This document shows, piece by piece, positions 57,391 to 64,000 of a stretch of DNA of 64,000 nt; position 1 is the first letter of the stretch, and the number at the start of each line of letters is the position of its first letter. Source of the DNA: a virus; the IMG/VR virus record IMGVR_UViG_3300050343_000163. One strand, given 5' to 3'. Below the pieces are notes generated by a model, which was not told the DNA's origin, did not search any database, and saw only the letters and a program-made list of their open reading frames with translations. The position numbers and the translations under genes are program-made.

Positions 57391-57554
57391 TGTGTTGCTT
57401 CGTCCTCGTAAAAGTTTACATAATTATAATTTTTGCTCATTAGTCTAGCAAAACCAAGAGCAGTTTTGTAGTCCTCAAAGCACTTAATGTCCTCGGGTCC
57501 TACTTGACCGACAAGATGGTTAGTCCATGTGACTACAAAGACTTTCTTATTCAT
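57378..57554 (-). CDS. Small hypothetical protein (58 aa)
   Basis: Manual translation [29 protein letters not shown]...; ATGA overlap with gp43. Confidence 0.6.
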   Translation of the reverse strand: MNKKVFVVTWTNHLVGQVGPEDIKCFEDYKTALGFARLMSKNYNYVNFYEDEATQWDS

Positions 57555-60040
57555 TCAAAGAAACTCCCAATGCTGATAGTCTTTTGATGCTGCCATCCAA
57601 TGCATTGTAGCACATTCTTCAGAGGTTCCAAGAAACTCTTTTCAAATTGTGTTTGGTAATCCACATACTTCTCAATACCAAACTCTTTTGGTAATTCACC
57701 AAAGAAGCTAATTACATTCTCATGTAATGGGTTTGGTGTTTTGAGATACATGAACTTAACCTTCTCACCTTCCTGTATCAAGGCATGTTTATTTTCTACC
57801 TTATGCTTTTTCACATAATGATTATACAGGAGAGCACCCCTCACATGGATTGGGGTTCCTTTGGAATAGATCTCCGTAGGGTGACGGTACTTGGCAAGGT
57901 TGTTAACTCCTCTGGGAAAGGCAACTTCTTCGTAGGGACGTTCCCTCGTTTCTGTTCGCACAACATTGATGAAAGTGATAAGTTCATCATTTGTGTTGCC
58001 GATAATAATCTTAAACGCTGCATATAACTTGTCTCTAAAATACGCTGGTGTCGATGACCTAGCGGTTTCAAGACCCATGATTTTCATCTTGGGTTCTTTA
58101 TATCTAACACCCTCACTGTCCCATACGTTAAGAATGTAACGCTTCTTTGCAGTCCAGATACCACGATCAGCGATGTTCTCACGCTTCATACTCATCTTTT
58201 GTTCATACGCCGATACATACGACGCAAGTTCTTGATATGAACGTTCGATAAAAGGTTCCAGTTTCTCTTCACAGATCTTGTCAAGTAAACCAACAACTGC
58301 TGCTTTATCACCAGACTTATGACCAAGAAATTTATTAACAAGAGGTCCGAGATTAAGATAGATTGAGTCAGTGTCGGATGCAATGACATAATCCTCCTTT
58401 TCAGTGGAGAGCAGTTTATTTAGGTATTCATTCATGCGGTTTTCAATCCAACGAATTGATACCTGACCTGAAAGAGTAATAGCTTCTGCATTAGCAAGAC
58501 GATAATACCTGAAGTGTTCGTTGCCGATAGCACCATAAGCAGAGTTCAAAGAGATCTTCTTTGCCATCTGAATATTATTACAACGGGCGATCTCTTTCAT
58601 GAGTTCAACAGTAGGAGTCTTCTCGTACTGTTGCTTTGCTTTGATCATCCGCTTCTTGAAGATGACACGAGAGTCATACATCTTCTTCATCATCTGAGGA
58701 AGAAACCCATGCTTCTCTTTTGTGTACTGTGCGCCATTAGCACACACAGCATACTCGCCGTCAATGTTTATCTCCTTACGAAGTATTCTATCAACCGTAG
58801 CTTCTGGATGTCGTTTGTCCTTGAGAGTTTCGGGAGAAATGTTGTACTGCATAATGAGGTGAGGATACAAAGAGTTGAGATCAAAAGACACAACCCAATC
58901 ATAGAATCCAGGCTTCGGTTCTTTGACATATGCCCCCGCATACTTTTCAGATTTATCGTTTTGTGTCTTAGGAGGGATAGCAATCTTACGCCTAAGAAGT
59001 TCACAGTAAATGTAGTTGTCCCACATACGAACCTGTGAGAATACATCCTCATAGTTTACCTTAGCATCATATGCCATGGTGTATGCAAGTTCAATCAACT
59101 TCATCTTGTCATCTAGTTGATCTACCAGACGAACGTCATGGATGTTGTAATCAATAAATTTTTGCCAGTCCTTCTCATAGAACTCTTTGAATGTATCAAA
59201 CTCAGAGTGATCTAGTTTCTTAGATCCAAGTTCAACAAAAGCAATATGATCTAGACGATACGATTCTTGGTTAGTATAAGTAAACTTCTTATACAACTCA
59301 AGATAGTCTAGAGTAGAAATTCCAAGAGTGTCAACTGCTAATTGTTTTCTACCTTTAATATAAATCTCACGCTGAGAAACAAGTTTCCAAGGAGACAATA
59401 GCTTCACAAACTTATCACCAAGAATACGTTCAATACGATTACATATGTAAGGCATATCAAACAACTGCACGTTCCATCCAGTAATTACATCTGGAAAATT
59501 CTCCTGCCAGTATTCAAGGAATGCACCCAACATACCTTCCTCTGATCGGAAATGCAAGTAGTCCACCATGGGGTCTTTGTTATTGTATGGACGTGCCCCA
59601 AACACAATAATTCGACCAGTGAAACTATCCTTGATGGATATAGCAAGGATTTCTTGATCGGCAGTTTCAATATTAGGAAATCCGTTTTCAGCAGCGGTTT
59701 CAATATCGATGGTAAATACACGGATCTTTGTGCTGTCAAACTTAAGTTCCTCTTCAGGATGCTGCTCAGCTATGTATTGATATAAAAATCTAGAGTTACC
59801 ATATATTTTAAATTCCTCTACCTCCTTATACTGTTTTATAAAATCTCTCGCTTCAGTGATAGAACCAAACTTATGTGGTTCCACACAATCTCCTTCTAGT
59901 GTACGCCACTCTGAATAATTTTTACTAGGCAAATACAGCGTAGGGTTGAAAGGAACCCTCACGCTGTAACGATTGCCATTCTCATAACCACGCACAAGCA
60001 GACGATTACCTGCTTGCTCAACACTAGTGTAAAAATTCAT
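57551..60040 (-). CDS. gp43: Family B DNA polymerase, uninterrupted
   Basis: DIET, SFDLNSLYP, KISLNSAYG, SDTDS, KKRY. Confidence 0.98.
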   Translation of the reverse strand: MNFYTSVEQAGNRLLVRGYENGNRYSVRVPFNPTLYLPSKNYSEWRTLEGDCVEPHKFGSITEARDFIKQYKEVEEFKIYGNSRFLYQYIAEQHPEEELKFDSTKIRVFTIDIETAAENGFPNIETADQEILAISIKDSFTGRIIVFGARPYNNKDPMVDYLHFRSEEGMLGAFLEYWQENFPDVITGWNVQLFDMPYICNRIERILGDKFVKLLSPWKLVSQREIYIKGRKQLAVDTLGISTLDYLELYKKFTYTNQESYRLDHIAFVELGSKKLDHSEFDTFKEFYEKDWQKFIDYNIHDVRLVDQLDDKMKLIELAYTMAYDAKVNYEDVFSQVRMWDNYIYCELLRRKIAIPPKTQNDKSEKYAGAYVKEPKPGFYDWVVSFDLNSLYPHLIMQYNISPETLKDKRHPEATVDRILRKEINIDGEYAVCANGAQYTKEKHGFLPQMMKKMYDSRVIFKKRMIKAKQQYEKTPTVELMKEIARCNNIQMAKKISLNSAYGAIGNEHFRYYRLANAEAITLSGQVSIRWIENRMNEYLNKLLSTEKEDYVIASDTDSIYLNLGPLVNKFLGHKSGDKAAVVGLLDKICEEKLEPFIERSYQELASYVSAYEQKMSMKRENIADRGIWTAKKRYILNVWDSEGVRYKEPKMKIMGLETARSSTPAYFRDKLYAAFKIIIGNTNDELITFINVVRTETRERPYEEVAFPRGVNNLAKYRHPTEIYSKGTPIHVRGALLYNHYVKKHKVENKHALIQEGEKVKFMYLKTPNPLHENVISFFGELPKEFGIEKYVDYQTQFEKSFLEPLKNVLQCIGWQHQKTISIGSFFE

Positions 60041-60294
60041 TCAAGACATTCAATATAACGAGCAAGGAGTACCTTGCTTGGATTAGTCACTACAGTAATG
60101 TCAGAAGATCTAACATTAAACTCAGTCTCCGATGAGTGAGATGCCCAAGGAGTTAGTTGACCTTCACAGTCTACCAGATAAGGTTTGATTAACCACACAT
60201 CAGGGTCACCTGATAAAGTGTCCCCCTCAGTAGGTTCTACCTGAGCGATGATCCACTCATTCGCTAGCTTCAGCAGGTTCGCTTTCAGTTCCAT
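60037..60294 (-). CDS. Small beta-fold protein, paralogue 3
   Basis: LIKPYLV...LTPW...FNV...TNPSKVLLARY. Confidence 0.65.
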   Translation of the reverse strand: MELKANLLKLANEWIIAQVEPTEGDTLSGDPDVWLIKPYLVDCEGQLTPWASHSSETEFNVRSSDITVVTNPSKVLLARYIECLE

Positions 60295-60670
60295 CAGTTA
60301 CCTCAAAGAAAATATCTTTTTGTTCAAGTCCGACCTCCTTGAGTTTTTCAGTGTAGTTATCAAGAATATTATTATCTGGATATACAACACTAATAATGTG
60401 TTCCCCACTAATTCTATGTTCTTCTACAGGAGAAAAAGGACACCAACGAGTATAGTTGATAGGGATAGTTCCATTTGTATTAACATCTCCAAGTGACAAA
60501 ACATATGGATATAGCATACGATATCCAACTACTTTTTTATCTTCGTCACGAACATCTCCAAAGAGGCAAAGAACACTCTGACTCGTGGTTAAATTAACAA
60601 TCCTAATATTGTGATTAGTTCTTAGTGGTTGCTGTTCAGTTTGTTCTGTTGATTCAATTTGCTCAGTCAT
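60257..60670 (-). CDS. Small beta-fold protein, paralogue 2
   Basis: LYPYVL...RWCPFS...HRI...VYPDNNILDNY. Confidence 0.7.
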   Translation of the reverse strand: MTEQIESTEQTEQQPLRTNHNIRIVNLTTSQSVLCLFGDVRDEDKKVVGYRMLYPYVLSLGDVNTNGTIPINYTRWCPFSPVEEHRISGEHIISVVYPDNNILDNYTEKLKEVGLEQKDIFFEVTDGTESEPAEASE

Positions 60671-61014
60671 AATACCTCTGGATTAATAGTTTCACCTTCT
60701 TTCTTTTCTTTAATTTTATTTTCATATGCGTTTTGCAATCCTGGTTCAGGAGTGCTAATTGTCATCACACTATCATATGGAATTTTAAATTGCCAATCTG
60801 GAGTGTAAGGATTCCATTTACTAAACCTGACTTGGTATTCCATACCATGCTGTTCAGTAAGATATTGAGGAGTGCCATCATCAAGGTTTAAGATGTAAGG
60901 TTCTTCCATCAAAAGACAAACACCTTTACGGTCTTCACCTTCTTCATCAAAGATTTCTTTTAACTCAGTAATGATTCGATCTCCCGTTTTCAATGTAACG
61001 ATAGATACTGCCAT
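60667..61014 (-). CDS. Small beta-fold protein, paralogue 1
   Basis: LKTGDRII...EEPYIL...KWNPYT...FKI...STPEPGLQNAY. Confidence 0.7.
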   Translation of the reverse strand: MAVSIVTLKTGDRIITELKEIFDEEGEDRKGVCLLMEEPYILNLDDGTPQYLTEQHGMEYQVRFSKWNPYTPDWQFKIPYDSVMTISTPEPGLQNAYENKIKEKKEGETINPEVL

Positions 61015-61034
61015 AGCTATAAGCGTTTAATTTT

Positions 61035-61076
61035 ATTATACCACCAAAAAAAGGAGGAGTCAACCTGTTTGTTGGC
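61035..61076 (-). promoter_or_regulatory. hsp20 terminator with embedded sigma70 promoter
   Basis: TTGACT-N17-TATAAT; the -35 lies in the 3' arm of a GAGGAG...CTCCTC hairpin followed by T7. Confidence 0.78.
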
Positions 61077-61107
61077 AGGTGCTCCTCGCGGCGACGATAT
61101 GATTTAT

Positions 61108-61515
61108 TTAGAAGTGTTTTTTACGCTGTTGTTTTTCTGGTAGTTCTTTTTTCAATGTGATTATTAATAGACCATTATTGAATTCTACGGTCTCGACTTC
61201 TACATCGTCTGACATCTGCCAGTTACGTGCAAATGTTCTATATGAAATTCCTTTATGTGCGTAATTTTTTTCTTTATCTGCTGGTGCTTTTTTAGCGGAT
61301 ACTGTTAAGACGTTTCGTTCCGTCTCCACATTTAGATCCTCTTCTGAAAATCCAGCAAGAGCGACCTCCAATATTGTTCTACCACCAGGTCCATTAATGA
61401 CATTGTAAGGAGGGTAGCTTGTTCCTGCTCCAGCAAGAGATTCAAGTCTGTGGAATGTTTCATCGAACCCGAGTGAAAATGGGGAAAGTTGTTGCCATGC
61501 ATAATTGTTAACCAT
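61108..61515 (-). CDS. hsp20: Small heat shock protein
   Basis: SYPPYNV, LEVALAGF, HKGISYRTFARNWQMSD, NGLL. Confidence 0.95.
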   Translation of the reverse strand: MVNNYAWQQLSPFSLGFDETFHRLESLAGAGTSYPPYNVINGPGGRTILEVALAGFSEEDLNVETERNVLTVSAKKAPADKEKNYAHKGISYRTFARNWQMSDDVEVETVEFNNGLLIITLKKELPEKQQRKKHF

Positions 61516-61622
61516 TGTCCTTAAATAAGCGACGTTTATATGTGACCCGTTAGGCATCACACTCCTATTTAACGATAACAGTTTAAACGTTAATAACGGT
61601 TTTCCTTATTAAAAATTGCGGT

Positions 61623-62054
61623 TTACTCTACCTCTTGTTTCTTACGACCGATATTATATTTGGACTCAAGCGTCCATTCACCTTTCTCCTTAAAGGAGAG
61701 AACTTTAATTTGATTGAGTGGTGCTAGGTCAGCAATTTTTTCCTGACTCTCTGTATTAATATTAACCAATCCCCAGTCAACTAAAAGTTGAACGATACGG
61801 TTACGACGTTGTGCATCATTCAAAGAAAAATTTGTGTTCTTGCCATCAAGGGCAAACAACTCTTTGAAGTGTACAATAAAATATCTTCCTTGCTTATGGA
61901 GAATGTGGCAGGATTGATAAATCTTTTTTTCTTTACGTGATGCAACACCAATCCTTGTTAATGTTTCTCTCACTTTTAAAAAATCATCTGGTTCATTTAG
62001 GACGACTTCAACCATATCGGTTTGTCTCCATTGAATCTCAATTTCACCGCTCAT
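61623..62054 (-). CDS. regA: Translational repressor
   Basis: DDFLKVRETLTRIGVAS...QSCHILHKQGRYFIVHFKELFALDG. Confidence 0.97.
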   Translation of the reverse strand: MSGEIEIQWRQTDMVEVVLNEPDDFLKVRETLTRIGVASRKEKKIYQSCHILHKQGRYFIVHFKELFALDGKNTNFSLNDAQRRNRIVQLLVDWGLVNINTESQEKIADLAPLNQIKVLSFKEKGEWTLESKYNIGRKKQEVE

Positions 62055-62433
62055 GTTTACCACCTTTACTCAATGCTTTTGTAATATGATTTAATTGATC
62101 CTTGGTGAGAATTCTAAGAGCTTGTAGAGCTTTATCGTCATTATAACCATAATACTCTTTTACTAACTCAAGATAGTCAATAGAATCTTTTCGTGCCCAA
62201 GGAGAAAAACGTTTCCTAGGTTTCACACTATTTAGTAAAAAATCATACTGTAACTTCTTTGGTAGATGAGGATTCTTATTCAGTTCATTGACATAAAGAA
62301 TAGTATCAGTAAAAGAAGACAGACATCTGTTAACAATATATGGGGGATACTTTCTCTCAGCATCTATATCGTCATCAAGAATATTCTTTTTGGATTGGTT
62401 GATTGAGTAGAGATAGTCTTTCAGTTGGTACAT
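62044..62433 (-). CDS. gp62: Clamp loader small subunit
   Basis: YPPYIVNRCLS...LQYDFLLNSVKPRKRFSPW...YYGYNDDKA. Confidence 0.93.
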   Translation of the reverse strand: MYQLKDYLYSINQSKKNILDDDIDAERKYPPYIVNRCLSSFTDTILYVNELNKNPHLPKKLQYDFLLNSVKPRKRFSPWARKDSIDYLELVKEYYGYNDDKALQALRILTKDQLNHITKALSKGGKHER

Positions 62434-62599
62434 TGTCGTTCCAGTGTCTTACGTTTCCAGCGATGATAAAACAGTTAGTAATTAATAACTGAGTAAAAAT
62501 GATAGTTCTAATGGTGCATATGATATTATCATATCTCTTAGTTTTATTATCATTGAATGATCCTAAGGAGTATTTCCAGATCTTCCAAAGTTCTTTCAT
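62375..62599 (-). CDS. Conserved cyanophage small protein
   Basis: IWKYSLGSF...TNCFIIAGNVRHW. Confidence 0.65.
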   Translation of the reverse strand: MKELWKIWKYSLGSFNDNKTKRYDNIICTIRTIIFTQLLITNCFIIAGNVRHWNDNVPTERLSLLNQPIQKEYS

Positions 62600-62602
62600 A
62601 GA

Positions 62603-62746
62603 TCATTTAAATGTTGCAGTGACGCCCACTACAGTACAACCAGGATTACGAGCAAGAGCGACCTTGCGAGCATCTTGATAATCAACAGCGATCACCTCTT
62701 CCTTGAAGACGGTGCCTGCTTTGTATAGGGTGACTTCACACTTCAT
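62603..62746 (-). CDS. Conserved cyanophage small protein (47 aa)
   Basis: Manual translation MKCEVTLYKAGTVFKEEVIAVDYQDARKVALARNPGCTVVGVTATFK. Confidence 0.65.
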   Translation of the reverse strand: MKCEVTLYKAGTVFKEEVIAVDYQDARKVALARNPGCTVVGVTATFK

Positions 62747-63575
62747 AATTAAAAAGGACTAGTTCCTTACGAGCTGCTTGATCTGTATTATAACTCCCCA
62801 CGCTCCTCATGGTGTAAGTGTGTGCAAATTCAGCAGCTGTCCACTCATCGAAACGATCTCTGATAAGTTGTGATGAATTATAAGACACAAGTTGTGGACC
62901 AATAAATCGATCACACTTGACAGCAAAATGATCATGGTTAAAACCACTATGCATATTACCTTTCTTACCATAGAGATTAGAACCAATCTCATAAGGAGGA
63001 TCTAGATAAGTGAAAGCATTCTTATCATCAGTAAGAAGTTGTTCGTAACTGAGGTTAGTGATCTCCCACTTAGAAATCATTCCTGAATATTCAGGGAGTT
63101 TATCAATGCCTCGCATCGAGAAATTGCTATCTGACGCTTGCTTGCTGAAGGAACTGGATTCAGTGAGACCAGAGAAAGAGCACTTATTAACAATATAAAA
63201 ACACACAGCAGCAGATAGGTTGGATGTTGAATCATCGTTTAGTTTCTCCTTAGCTTCTAGAAATAATAGTTTTGCTGATACTGGTTCTGGGTGACGATTC
63301 TTGAGTTGGACTAACTGGTCACGAAGTTCTTGTCCTTGATCTTGAAGCACTCGCCAAAAGTTATAGAGTGGTCCATACAAATCGTTTACCCAGATGTTTA
63401 GGTGTGGATACCTTTTGCCAATTTCTAATGCTACAGATCCACCACCAACAAATGGTTCACGATACTCAGTGTAATCTTTCAGGTTAGGAATGTACTGAAA
63501 GAGTTTACTCAGGGCACGACTCTTCCCGCCTGGATACCTGAGGGGTGTCTTCAATGACTTCAATGTCTGGGGCAT
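62736..63575 (-). CDS. dam: DNA adenine methyltransferase (Dam/D12 class)
   Basis: LRYPGGKS, EPFVGGGSV, YLDPPY. Confidence 0.9.
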   Translation of the reverse strand: MPQTLKSLKTPLRYPGGKSRALSKLFQYIPNLKDYTEYREPFVGGGSVALEIGKRYPHLNIWVNDLYGPLYNFWRVLQDQGQELRDQLVQLKNRHPEPVSAKLLFLEAKEKLNDDSTSNLSAAVCFYIVNKCSFSGLTESSSFSKQASDSNFSMRGIDKLPEYSGMISKWEITNLSYEQLLTDDKNAFTYLDPPYEIGSNLYGKKGNMHSGFNHDHFAVKCDRFIGPQLVSYNSSQLIRDRFDEWTAAEFAHTYTMRSVGSYNTDQAARKELVLFNYEV

Positions 63576-63762
63576 GGTATTTAAGGTATTCGCGAAAGAT
63601 CATTTTCATTTCACGCTCTGTCATTCCACAATGAGCAGCAGCGTGGGGTAGGTTCATTGTAGCATGAAACAATGCTTCATTTGCTTCCTGAACATTTTCT
63701 GGTGTTGTTTTGACTTTGGATGTATGCCCAGTGTCTTGCTGATTCGTTTTCAAGTCTTTCAA
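63505..63762 (-). CDS. Conserved cyanophage hypothetical protein (start uncertain)
   Basis: KTTPENVQEANEALF...NLPHAAAHCGMT. Confidence 0.6.
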   Translation of the reverse strand: MKDLKTNQQDTGHTSKVKTTPENVQEANEALFHATMNLPHAAAHCGMTEREMKMIFREYLKYHAPDIEVIEDTPQVSRREESCPE

Positions 63763-63820
63763 TCATTTCCTCCATCATTAATTGTTTAGGTTCTTTTTCA
63801 ATAAATTTGAGTAGTGTCAT
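63677..63820 (-). CDS. Small hypothetical protein (47 aa)
   Basis: MTLLKFIEKEPKQLMMEEMIERLE...; ATGA overlap with gp44. Confidence 0.45.
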   Translation of the reverse strand: MTLLKFIEKEPKQLMMEEMIERLENESARHWAYIQSQNNTRKCSGSK

Positions 63821-64000
63821 TTGAATTCACAACCCATCATGATCTCTGTTAAACATGCTAACAGGTTGATCTCTTGATCAGGAACAATAGGAATACTGTT
63901 CATGTATTTGGCGATGATAAGAACTGCTTCAGGAATAGAAGCAGGTTTCAATACAACATACAAGCTATCGTAAACTTTACGCATCACCATTGTAGGATCG
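63817..64000 (-). CDS. gp44: Clamp loader large subunit, 3' end only
   Basis: Manual translation ...IPEAVLIIAKY...DQEINLLACLTEIMMGCEFK*. Confidence 0.9.
   Translation of the reverse strand, partial: DPTMVMRKVYDSLYVVLKPASIPEAVLIIAKYMNSIPIVPDQEINLLACLTEIMMGCEFK

Noticed and set aside
12473-60040. Group I introns or inteins in psbA, psbD, nrdA, nrdB, gp41 or gp43
   Set aside because: All are continuous, of normal length, and lack intein or homing-endonuclease inserts.

Overview
A 64-kb segment of a T4-like marine cyanomyovirus, AT-rich and coded mostly on the minus strand. A Synechococcus host is inferred from psbA with E130, psbD, pebS/pcyA and three tRNAs. Read on the minus strand, the order is: gp44 (3' end), dam, gp62, regA, hsp20, three paralogous small ORFs, gp43, uvsX, an MvaI/BcnI-family restriction endonuclease with its own sigma70-like promoter plus a beta-class methyltransferase, gp41, mazG, a nuclease-like / KxDG-ligase-like / cytidylyltransferase block, putative internal head proteins, gp61, nrdA, nrdB, pebS, pcyA, a GIY-YIG protein, a SleB-like hydrolase, three tRNAs, talC, glutaredoxin, a Phd-like ORF, a DUF401-like transporter and a wcaG-like RNA. 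Next come a ~14-kb tail-fibre/adhesin island with a subtilase carrying a cupredoxin-like domain, and a convergent late-promoter cluster of secreted/membrane proteins. These are followed by two hli genes, a PhotoRC-II-like leader with psbA, psbD, tandem glutamine-II (Downstream-peptide)-like aptamers before a DUF4278 gene, thyX, phoH, an exonuclease, gp33 and gp32 (no gp59 at its usual place), and baseplate/head genes (gp53, gp48, gp2, gp4, gp54-like, gp26). The most striking sequence-level signal is that a manual scan found no CCGG tetramer in the window, alongside a phage-borne restriction-modification pair. All family assignments come from motif recognition without database searches.
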